Shown here: positions 1 through 10,189 of the stretch, piece after piece
Numbering within the stretch: position 1 is the stretch's first letter
How the letters are laid out: each line of letters starts with the position of its first letter
Origin: Eledone cirrhosa
Lineage: Eukaryota
Reading direction: 5' to 3'
DNA: 64,000 bases
NCBI GenBank assembly: GCA_964016885.1
Contig: OZ024740.1
Coordinates: 433,008,001-433,072,000 of the forward strand
Program-made: the position numbers and the translations under genes
The notes under the pieces: model-generated
The model's database searches: none
Seen by the model: the letters and a program-made list of their open reading frames with translations, nothing else
Told to the model about the DNA's origin: nothing

Positions 1-156
1 AAATAGATGGTAAATAGATCGAGGGACCTTCCCTCACGTCTATGTCAACAAGATAATCCAACGAGGATACTATCACTTACCACACTGGCAACTAACGACC
101 ACTGATTCTACCACCCTGCTAAAGTGGCGATAACATCTACAACTAATACTGCTAAA

Positions 157-193
157 AAAGCATGGCGTCCGACCCTCTACCGATACTGCCAAT
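157..193 (-). mobile_element. 5' head fragment of tRNA-derived SINE family A
   Basis: AAAGCATGGCGTCCGACCCTCTACCGATACTGCCAAT is the exact reverse complement of 539-575 in the full SINE copy. Confidence 0.8.
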
Positions 194-530
194 TATAATA
201 AAATAATGATATCAATTTTATTGGTAATTTTTTTCGTAGTCATAAATTGATTTTCAAGTATTTCTAGTATTATTTGTAATTTTCTAACCCTGCAACCAAA
301 ATATTTTTGATATGAATCTGCTCGATAGTATTCAAAGTAGAGGAAGTTCCTATGTTTGGTATTCTGTTAATTAGGCACCCAACACCAAAGAATTTCTTTC
401 TTTGTGTTAGTCAGACATAGTTTATTGATCCCTGTTATCAAACACAATTAGGGAATGACAGGGAATATGTCTTTTGAACTTGATATAGGTAAGAATCAAC
501 AGATACACAGATATTATTATCTCTATACTG

Positions 531-717
531 GGCAGTGGATTGGCAGTATCGGTAGAGGGTCGGACGCCATGCTTTGACGCATAGAGTTACGGCCCTTGCC
601 ATTCTGAGTTCAAATCCCGCCGAGGTTAACTTTGCCTTTCATTCTTACGGGGTCGATAGAATAAAGTACTAGTAATGCACTGGGATAATTGCTGGCCTTG
701 TGCCAAAAGTAGAAACA
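531..717 (+). mobile_element. Full-length tRNA-derived SINE (family A) with 18-bp target-site duplication
   Basis: Pol III A-box-like TGGCAGTATCGG (541-552) and B-box-like GAGTTCAAATCC (606-617). ATTATTATCTCTATACTG occurs at 513-530 and 718-735. Near-identical copies at 9882, 46648 and 59505-59865. Confidence 0.9.
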
Positions 718-794
718 ATTATTATCTCTATACTGAATTGAAAAGGAACTTTTTAGATTAGACTTTGGAAAGTTGAGGTCATAGCAGGAATATA

Positions 795-1240
795 ATGATG
801 GTAGTGGTGGTGGTGATGGTGGTCGATAATGGTGGTGGTGGTGGTGATGGTAGTGGTGGTGAAGATAATGATGGTGATAATAAGGATGGTGGTGATGATG
901 ATGGTAGTGGTGGTGGTGATGGTGGTGAAGATAATGATGGTGATAATAAGGATGGTGGTGATGATGATGGTGGCGGTGATGGTGGTGAAGATAATGATGG
1001 TGATAATAAGGATGGTGGTGATGATGATGGTAGTAGTGGTGGTGGTGATGGTGGTGAAGATAATGGTGATAATAAGGATGGTGGTGATGATGATGGTAGT
1101 AGTGGTGGTGGTGATGGTGGTGAAGATAATGGTGATAATAAGGATGGTGGTGATGATGATGGTAGTAGTGGTGGTGGTGGTGAAGATAATGATGGTGATG
1201 ATAAGGATGGTGGTGATGATGATGATGATAAAGATGATGA
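795..1240. repeat. GGT/GAT trinucleotide-based low-complexity minisatellite (~60-66 bp unit, ~6 copies)
   Basis: Recurring GGTGAAGATAAT(GAT)GGTGATAATAAGGATGGTGGTGATGATGATGG. Gives low-complexity ORFs in several frames on both strands. Confidence 0.9.
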
Positions 1241-1315
1241 CAAAAAAGTAGCCAAGCCATGTAAGACTCCTAATGACATACCTGCAGAATGTAAGGAAAT
1301 TTTTAAAAACTGGAT

Positions 1316-1455
1316 TGCTAGAATCTGTTAGAATGTGCTAAAATGTGCCAGAATTTTCCATAATCTGTTAGATTTGCTAGAATGTGCCAGAATCTGTTAG
1401 ATCTGCTAGAATCTGTTAGATTTGCTAGAATCTGCTAGAATGTGCTAGAATCAGC
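1316..1455. repeat. Degenerate ~10-bp tandem repeat (TAGAATCTGY/TAGAATGTGC)
   Basis: Repeated GCTAGAATCTGTTAGA and GAATGTGCTAGA motifs. Confidence 0.7.
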
Positions 1456-1635
1456 CAAGACATTTAGTTTAATGTTTCTATAAGAAACTACAAGATTTCA
1501 GATTATTTTTATATCAATTTTTTTAAATAACTGAGATGATATTATGGGATATAATAATTTAGAACTTTACTGTTCATGAGGGTTGATAAAAAATACTGAA
1601 TTGAATATAGGAAAAAGTATCGTATTTTCTTTCTT

Positions 1636-1790
1636 TTAGTGGTTAGGGTGTTGGACTCATGAACATAAAGTTGTGGGTTTGATTCTTGAACCAGATAGTG
1701 AATAATGTTCTTGAGCAAGACATTTTATTTCATGTTGCTCCAGTCCAGTCACCTAAAGAAAAATGAGTACCCGCAGCAACTGCGGGTTAA
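1636..1790 (+). mobile_element. Degenerate tRNA-derived SINE (family B)
   Basis: tRNA-like head TAGTGGTTAGGGTG...GGTTTGATTC followed by TTCTTGAGCAAGACATTTTATTTCATGTTGCTCCAGT. Related inverted copy at ~58860-59055. Confidence 0.6.
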
Positions 1791-2225
1791 TCTCTGCAAA
1801 GACTGGTGTTTTGCTTAGCGGGAAGTCTTTTCTTGATAGAATTTGAACCCCTATCATTAAAACATCCAAGAAACCTCCTGTGAGATGCAACCTTGTTAGA
1901 GGTCAATTAAACCTGTAAATGTGCAAGCTGTAACAATGACAATAATAACTATTATCAGTGAGATACTCAGAGTATATTACTCTTTTACCTGTTCCAGCCA
2001 TCTGGCTGAGGCCATGCTGGGGTACCGCTCTATGTTGTAAATATTTAGAGGAGATGTTCACAGATTCAAGCTGAGATTCCTGACAAACTGGTGTCTTGTA
2101 ATAGACCAACCCTAGGAACAAATATAGCTCTTATCTTAGAAAAGGAGATAACATTTATTTCTAAGAATCACCCTACAGTCTAGAAAAAAATAAATTAGAT
2201 CCATCAGAGTATTTTTATTTTCTTT

Positions 2226-2472
2226 ATGTATGGACATGTGATGTGCATGGACAGTGATTGCCGGGTGAAGAAGTGCCAAGAAATACCAGTGGAAGGAAGC
2301 CATAGTAGAGGTAGACCAAAGAAGACCAGGGCACAGGTTGTGAGAGCTGACCTTACATCACTGAGACTCACAGAAGAAATGACAAAGGAATGTGTTGAGT
2401 GGAGAGGTGCTGTGCTGAGAAGGACCCATTCAACCCATGCAAGCATGGAAAAAGGGACGTGATGATGATGAT
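2226..2472 (+). mobile_element. RTE-clade LINE 3' terminal fragment
   Basis: Translation YGHVMCMDSDCRVKKCQEIPVEGSHSRGRPKKT...WRGAV matches the RTE ORF C-terminus seen at 9530-9740 and 60816-61030. Ends in ACCCATGCAAGCATGGAAAA...GACGT(GAT)n tail. Confidence 0.9.
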
Positions 2473-3153
2473 ATGGTCATAAGGCCACTGTTTATGTGTT
2501 AAACTAACTCATTAACACATGTTAACTCCGATGAGGAGGTATTGCGCTCATGGGATAATCCTGATTATCAACTTGAAATAAAAAAAAATAAAAATAGTTA
2601 TTATACAAAGCATATAAATAAATTTACAGCAGAATAACATAACAAATATGTTTTAAATATATACATAAATAACATTACAAATACTTAGATAACAAAATTG
2701 CTCGCGATTCTTTCAGAAGGATATATTCTTTTAATGTTACAATATTAAAGAAAATGTAAAGGAAGGGGTGAACAACTGAGTCAACACCAGAGCAAAAGAC
2801 AGCAGTGTCGCGAGGAGTACCGGGCAACCTCTCTAATGAGGAGGTTGTAGATTCATTGGAGAAGTGCCACAAAAGTTTTGAATTGAAGTCTGAGACTGAC
2901 TTGGTTTTGTTCCAAAGTGTGGGTGATATGGGTATTAGTATCATATTGTCATTGGTGGATGGAAGCTGGTTTATTAGTGAAATATCCAGTCCAATTCCAT
3001 AGAAAAACAATTCATATCATCTCAGTAGAGTTAAGAGGGGGAAGTATAAAAAACAAAACAAAACAAAAAAACACAACCCAAAATAGAAAAAAAAATGATG
3101 TATTATAATTTGAAGACCTGCCCAACCCACAGAACTTACAATAGAATACTTAC

Positions 3154-3267
3154 AAGAGATTTTTATCCATAGGTCCATGTCTTAAATTAGTGTCAGGGCC
3201 AGCATTTGACATTCTGTAAGGTGACATGTAGACCTGCTTCTCAGAAGTAACCACTGTATCATATTTA
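3154..3267 (-). CDS. Candidate internal coding exon (114 bp) of an unidentified minus-strand gene
   Basis: Minus strand reads TTGTTTCATTGCAG|exon|GTAAGT. Length is a multiple of 3 with open frame KYDTVVTSEKQVYMSPYRMSNAGPDTNLRHGPMDKNL. No homology recognised. Confidence 0.35.
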
Positions 3268-4073
3268 CTGCAATGAAACAATTTCAGAGATATATATTAA
3301 CAATATACACAATAACACACTATTATATTCTCAACTAAGATATTATTTATTTGAATTCATCAATAAATGGTCAGTTCAATATTTAATACAATGTTAACTA
3401 TTTCAAACAAGATGATTGATTTGTCACATTCTAAAGACAAATTGAGAAATATTTCTATATAACAAAAGAAAAGGAAACAAATTTTAAAAAGTTAGTGTTT
3501 TTGTTGTAGTAGTAGTAGTAGTAGTAGTAGTAATAAATTGTATTCTAGAAAAATGATTGAAAAAAAAAACACAATAGAATTAGTTAAGAAGGAACAATTT
3601 GTAGTAGAGATTCTTTGAAAGAGAGAGAGGTTTTCATTTATAGATAAAAGCTGAAATATAATATAACCACTGACAAAGTCGAAAAGTAAAATTTGCAATG
3701 TAAACTGCCTTGTTTCAATATTAAAAATCAAAATTCTATTTAAAGACATTGATAAAATAAATTAGATTTTAATTTTGAAAGTGATATTAAATAGAGTTTG
3801 TTAAAATGATAAAGAACTGAATAAGAAAATATAATATCTAGAGTATAACTCATTCCATACAAGTTTAATGTAATATATTGTTTTCTGTGTCCCTAGAGGC
3901 CTGGCTTTTCCTCTCATTTATAGTCCTTTCCTCTATTTTTCCATACACCCAGATCTGCCTATCTTTCACCCTTTTCTCATTACTTAATTTTGTTTTTATA
4001 TCTATGTAATTATCAATGGTTTTAAAGTCAACTTTGTGAGTTTAATTTGAATAAAATTTCTGATTATAATATA

Positions 4074-4170
4074 ATTATTTCTACTTTTGGCACAAAGCCA
4101 GCAATTATCCCAGTGTATTACTGGTACTTTATTTTATCGACCCTGTAAGGATGAAAGGCAAAGTTAATCT
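4074..4170 (-). mobile_element. 3' half of SINE family A
   Basis: Reverse complement of ~624-720 (TTTCTACTTTTGGCACAAAGCCAGC...GATGAAAGGCAAAGTTAA). Confidence 0.85.
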
Positions 4171-4172
4171 TT

Positions 4173-4255
4173 AATATAATATAATATAATATGATATAAT
4201 ATAATATTATAATATAATATAATATAATATTATAATATAATATAATATAATAAAT
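4173..4255. repeat. (AATAT)n pentanucleotide microsatellite
   Basis: Seen directly. Confidence 0.9.
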
Positions 4256-4807
4256 ATTGGCATATTTAACATTTACTTCTAGGCAAAAGGATTTATATTT
4301 TTCTTTTTAAAATTGATATCGATTAGAGAAACAATTGAAATGACAAAACTACAAGGTATAAGTGACCAGCTTCATCTGATACCAATTTTATCAATTGCTT
4401 TCTTCCATATCACTATTAAAATACATAATTTGATTCTTTAGAATTCTATGAAGGTTTCAGATTTTCAAATAACCGTTCTATTTCTAAAGGTAGCTGGCTG
4501 TTATTTCATCAGTGTTTCTGGAAAGGCAACATTCTCAAGCAAGGCAGATCAACATTTTTAGGCTTGAAAGAATGATTTTCTCAGAAGTGAAATTATCAAA
4601 ACTGGCAAATAGAAAGGTGTAGTTATAGGCTAGGTGCCAGGAGGTTACAAAGTTTTAAGATATTTTACTGGCTATAGTCAACTAATTAAGAGAAGAATTC
4701 ACTTCAATACTTCTTTATTTTATTCATAAAAGTAGGAAGTTATTAAAACAGATCTGGTTGGACACTGCAAAGTAACTTTCATATTTCTACATTGTGACTG
4801 TGAGATA

Positions 4808-5050
4808 TATCTCACAGTGGGACAATGTTACTAGGGGGTACATTAGGGATCTCACAGTAGGACAATGTTACTAGGGGTACATTGGGGATCTCACAGCAGG
4901 ACAATGTTACTAGGGGGTACATTAGGGATCTCACAGTAGGACAATGTTACTAGGGGTACATTGGGGATCTCACAGTAGGACAATGTTACTAGGGGTACAT
5001 TAGGGATCTCACAGTAGGACAATGTTACTGGGGGGGGGGGGGTACATTAG
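4808..5050. repeat. 39/40-bp minisatellite, ~6 copies
   Basis: Unit GGATCTCACAGTAGGACAATGTTACTAGGGG(G)TACATTRG. The G-run is expanded in the last copy. Confidence 0.9.
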
Positions 5051-5099
5051 CACATGAATTTAAGAGTGACTAGAAGTTGGTGTTCTTTTTCTTTTCACT

Positions 5100-5452
5100 A
5101 TAGTCCACCCTGTAAAGAGGTAGTGTTGGTGCCATGACAAAATGCACCCAGTCCACTCTGTAAAGTGGTAGTGCTGGTGCCATGACAAAATGCACCCAAT
5201 CCACTCTGTAAAGTGGTAGTGCTGGTGTCACAATAAAATGTATCTAGTACATTCTGTAAAAGTGGTTGGCATTAAGAAGAGTAGGCTATCCAACTGTAGG
5301 AACCATGCCAAAATGAAATGTATGTACAATGTATGAAATGTATGTACAATGTATGAAAGGACAGAGAACAGATGATCATGTGATCATCTGTTCTCTGTCC
5401 TTTCTAGTCTCAGAACAAGACAACCTGTCCAACCCATGCTAGCATGGAAAAT
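5100..5452 (+). mobile_element. RTE-tail-bearing non-autonomous retroelement (SINE-like) with internal 48-bp tandem copies and a 24-bp hairpin
   Basis: CCACTCTGTAAAGTGG...GGTGCCATGACAAAATGCACCCAG about 3 times, then GTGGTTGGCATTAAGAAG...TCCAACTGTAG and an AACCCATGCTAGCATGGAAAA RTE-type 3' end. Similar to the minus-strand 60431-60620 segment. Confidence 0.7.
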
Positions 5453-5680
5453 AGTTATAATGATTCTCTTTTAATTGCTGGAGAAATATTTTATTTAGAA
5501 CATTTCAAGAAAACAGCCAACAATAAATTTAAATGTTCAGGGACTGAGAAGAAAGTATTTTGACAATATTTAGAAAGAAGTGAAATTATAACTGATCTTT
5601 AGAAAATGGTGAAAAATGTCAAATGTTAAAACTGACATATAGAAAATGTTTGGGGAAGTTATTACAAATATTTTGAAACT

Positions 5681-6071
5681 ATTGGGTCCCAAATAATAGG
5701 GTGGGGTTGGAATAAGTGGGGTGTGTGTGTGTGTGTGTGGAAGATCAGTAATGTTTCTAAGTTGTCTCTGTTGATTTTTTTAAAAACCAGAATTAGTTGT
5801 TTAGTTTACATGAGACCTCAACCCATCTTATTTATTTTCTAACATATGAGATTTCTTGTAATCTACTTCTTTGTTATGTCTTTTAGTGTATATAGAAAAT
5901 GTTTCAGGAATGGTAACACTTGAAATAAACTTTCACCAGAGATAGATTAACAAAATTTAATAATTGTGGGGAGAGGGGGGTAGGGACGGGGGGAGAGTGG
6001 GAAGGGTCTGAAAAATGAATATATAGGGAGGGGTGGTAGTGGGGTGGACGATTATTTAAGACCTGAGAGTA
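5681..6071. mobile_element. Possible decayed MITE/DNA-transposon remnant
   Basis: Imperfect terminal inverted similarity: GGTCCCAAATAATAGG (left) vs reverse complement GGTCTTAAATAATCGT (right), with G-rich subterminal blocks. Confidence 0.3.
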
Positions 6072-6574
6072 AGTACCTATGTATTTTACAATAGATGTAT
6101 TTTGTAGGCCTAAAAATGGTTGAAGTTCATTGATTTGTATTTTATGAGAAATCAATTAATGAAGATTGCATTACAAAGACAATATCAATTAAATTAAATT
6201 AAATGTCCTTTTATAAATATAAATTTAATTTAAGTAAAAATATAAGCCATCTCTCTCTCTTTTTCATCCTCTTCTCATATACACATATACACACACAGAT
6301 GTATGGCTTTACTTCTCTTTAATAATTTCTGAAGTGTGTGTGTGTGTATATATATATATATAAATAAATAAAATACAGAGTTATTAACTCATATAGATAC
6401 CTTGCAATTAACAAGCTCAAAGTATAAATACTGAGCATTATTAAAAACATTTGTGGCATTCTCTACCCTCGTAATTTTAGACACAGAATTTTCTGTGTAT
6501 TTCTACATATATTACATATATATATATATAGTTATAGGAATAATTAAGAGTACTTAGAAATACATTGTTTTATT

Positions 6575-6621
6575 AGCTAACAGTGTTTCATCCATACACC
6601 ATGGCAGGAATCATCAGAGCC
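6575..6621 (-). ncRNA. Type-I hammerhead-like ribozyme motif (Penelope-type, solo)
   Basis: Minus strand reads GGCT-CTGATGA-TTCCTGCCATGGTGTATGGAT-GAAA-CACTG-TT-AGCT, then AATAAA and a (TA)n tract. Confidence 0.6.
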
Positions 6622-7883
6622 TATAAACATGAGTATATCAGTAGTTGCATGCTCCATCGAGCTGCGTCACCAGAACAAGATTAAAGGACCAGCATATGTG
6701 GGTGTGTCCATGTGTATGCGTATACATATATATATATGATAATCAATCTGTTAATCTGTTTAATGAAGGACAGTAGTGACAATTTGACAATGAAATGAAA
6801 TAGAATTATTAAAACACAAGGCTTAGCAAACAAACCAACATTCAGACCAAAAGCATTTATTACATTTTTTTTCTATAAAAATATATTCCAACTGTTTTTC
6901 TCTAAAAGATAATTTATATATACATAAAACAACAAAACAATTTAACTACATTTCTGCCAAAATAAATATATAAGCAAATATATTAATAAAATGTCATTTT
7001 TCTCCATGAAACAATACTTGCAGTGTATGTGCCATAATATAATTCATTTTTATATTAAAACAATGAATGCCAATTCAAAGAAACATTGTATACAGTTTCA
7101 GTTAAAGATAAATTTAATGTAGGTATAACTACAGTTTTATAGGCCTTGCTGCGAAAAAGGAACACATTTAAACACATTTTCTTTTTTTTTTTTTAGTACA
7201 TGAAAAAAACACAAGAGATTGTTGATACTTGTTTCACAGCTAGTTGGCTGTTCATCAGAAAATAAATAACCCACTAATTGTTATTTATATCAAACATAAA
7301 CCAGAAATTTACCAAAATGGTTAGTTTCATTGACATAATGTGCATTCATGTGGCAACATAATTACATAAATCTGCAGAACATGGTGTATATGAGAAAATC
7401 TGAGATAAATTGAATGTAGATATAATTCAGTTTGAAATTATAAACCTCACCGAAAAATAAGAAACAAGTAGAAACTTTTCTTTTTTTTGTACACAAAACC
7501 ATAAAGAGTTTCATGGTTAATGGACTACTCATCAGAATATGAGTACTGTTATCTGTCTGCCAAAGAACTTACAGTAATCACTATCAATCTGAAACATATG
7601 TCAGAACTTAATTACATGAATTCATCACATGTAAATTAAATTTGTTATTTCAGTTAAGGTCTGGTTTGTGATTAACATAAATAGCAATTACTGCAAGTTC
7701 TCTTTTCATAGGATAACGATATGTCTTCTAATGAACACCCAATTAGCTATGAAAGACAAAGACAATCCTTTGTCATTTTCTGTGCATGAAGAGAATAATA
7801 AAGTATGTTTACACTTGTTAATTTTTCCCAGTGAGGCTTCTAATTTATAACTGTAGTTATACTTAGATAAAATATGCAGCATT

Positions 7884-9795
7884 GTGTACATAGCATGCAG
7901 GGAAGCTGAGAGCAGGAGGTTTGCCAATGTTTTGTGATGGGAAGATCGGAGACGTGCAGTGTTCTGCATTGTAAGGCAGCGTGTCAGTGTAAATCAGGAT
8001 GTTGGAGATAAGTGTCTCAAAAATGATGCTGGTGCACTTAGAGTCACTGATGCTCAGAAAAAGGAGGCCTGGAAATGTCACTATGAGAGACTGATGAATG
8101 TTGAGAATGAATGGGAGAGAGAGAAACTACCCCCAGCAGACCCAACAGAAGGATAAGCTATTGAAGTTGACAACTATAGGGTCAAAGAAGCAATTAAGGA
8201 AATGAAAAATGGTAAGGCCACTGGACCGTCGGGGATAGTTGCTGAGATGTTGAAGGCATCAGAAGTAGGAACTAAACTGGTTGCACGCATCGTCAATCAA
8301 GCTATATATGGTGGTGTCATACCTAAAGACTGGTGCAGCAGTATTCTCATAAATTGCTACAAAGGTAAAGGGGAGGCTCTGGAGAGGAGCAATTATAGGG
8401 GTATAAAACTGATAGATCAGGTTATGAAAGTGGCAGAAAGAATGCTAGCACAACTAATTAGAGAAAGAGTCTAATTAGATGAGATGCAGTTTGGTTTTGT
8501 GCCTGGGAAAAGTACAACAGATGCCCTCTTCTTGGTGAGACAATTACAAGAGAGGTTCTTAGAGAAGAATAAGCCACTATATTTAGCCTTTGTTGACCTA
8601 GAGAAGGCCTTTGATAGGGTACCCTGATCTGTCATCTGGTGGTCCCTAAGGAAGTTAGGTGTAGAGCAATGGCTTGTGAGGACAGTGTAAACTATATGCA
8701 GACGAGCTGTCAGTAAAATGAGGGTAGGAATGGAGTTTAGTAAGGAATTCCTGATACAAGTAGGAGTTCATCGGGGTTTGATCCTCAGCCCACTCTTATG
8801 CATTATAGTTTTCCAAGCCATAACAGAGGAGTTTAAGATTGGCTGCCCATGGGAACTTCTCTATGCTGATGATCTGGTACTTATAGCAGAATCAGTAGAG
8901 GAGCTAGAGAACAAATTCTGGCTGTGGAAACAGCAGTTGGAATCGTGTTGATAAGTAGGAAAGAGGACAAGACTCTGATTCCATCAGAGAAATGGCCATG
9001 CTCAATATGTAGAAAAGGAGTTGGCATAAACTCTATAGAATGTAGATCTTGGGTACACAAAAGGTGTAGTGGGATAACAGGCAAACTAACAGGAAAGGAA
9101 AACTTTGTATGTAGTAGATGTTCAGGGAAAATTAATAATAGAAGTGTCAGTGATAAGCATATTTTTCAAATGCAGGTAGGGTCTATAGAAGTAGTTGATA
9201 GCTTCCGATATCTAGGTGATCATATTAGCAAGGGAGGAGGGTGCACTGAGGCCATAGTATCTAGAATAAGGACAGGATGGAAGAAGTTTAGGGAGCTGCA
9301 TCCTCTGTTGACAACGAAAGGTTTCTCCCTGTGAATGAAAGGTCGATTGTATGATGCCTATGTGAGATGCTGCATGGTAGTGAGACATGGGCAGCAACTG
9401 CAGAGGCTATGTGATGGCTAGAGAGAAATGAAGCAAGCCTGCTCTGATGGATGTGCAATGTCAATGTGCGTGAAAGACCAAGTATAGAGTTGAAAGAGAA
9501 ACTGTGTATAAGAGGGAGAGAAGACTGAGATGGTATGGACATTTGATGTGCATGGAGGATGACCGTGGGGTAAAGAAGTGCCAAGAAATCCCAGTGGAAG
9601 GAAGACGCGGTAGAGGAAGACCACAAAAGGTATGAGCGGAGATGGCGAGAGCAGACCTCAGATGTTTGAAGCTCATGGAGGAGATGACAAGGGATTGTGA
9701 TGAATGGAGAGATGCTGTGCTGAAGAGGACACATTCCACCCTTGCAAGCAGGGGAAAGCAGACGTAAAATGATGATGATGATGATGATGATGATG
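7884..9795 (+). mobile_element. 5'-truncated, decayed RTE-clade LINE (RT domain pseudogene)
   Basis: RT motifs KATGPSGIVAEML, NYRGIKL, QFGFVPGKSTTDA, FVDLEKAFDRV, ELLYADDL, FRYLG; Cys-rich finger; multiple stops and frameshifts; (GAT)n tail at 9769-9795. Confidence 0.95.
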
Positions 9796-9881
9796 AGCAT
9801 AAATATCAAAGGATTATTATTAATAATAATATTATTGTTATTATTATGTGAGTCTTGTGTGGCCAATAAAGAAATCATTAT

Positions 9882-10053
9882 TGGTGGATTGATAGTAATG
9901 GTAGAGGGTCGGACGCCATGCTTTGATGCATAGAGTTACAGCCCTTGCCATTCTGAGTTCAAATCCCGCCGAGGTTAACTTTGCCTTTCATCCTTATGGG
10001 GGTCGATAAAATAAAGTACCAGTAATGTACTGTGTAATTGCTGGCCTTGTGCC
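9882..10053 (+). mobile_element. SINE family A copy
   Basis: High similarity to 531-705, including the B-box GAGTTCAAATCC. Confidence 0.9.
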
Positions 10054-10189
10054 TATCAGTTAAAGAAATAAACTGTTGATAAAAGTCAGGAAATATATTA
10101 TCACCCTTAAATGGATTCAGTTTCAAGATTTCTTCATGACATATCCAGTAAAGTATAGTATCATGTGACAAAACAAATATTTGACATTA

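Noticed and set aside
531-620. tRNA gene
   Set aside because: A/B boxes are present, but it is a multi-copy SINE head with TSDs and no complete cloverleaf
610-1331. His-rich, Gly/Asp-rich, Ser/Pro-rich and Val/Met-rich ORFs
   Set aside because: All arise from a GGT/GAT trinucleotide repeat open in several frames on both strands; no splice or homology support
4450-4515. CTGATGA...GAAA hammerhead-like match on the minus strand (also at ~7505-7535)
   Set aside because: No stem I/III pairing or NUH site; likely chance in AT-rich DNA
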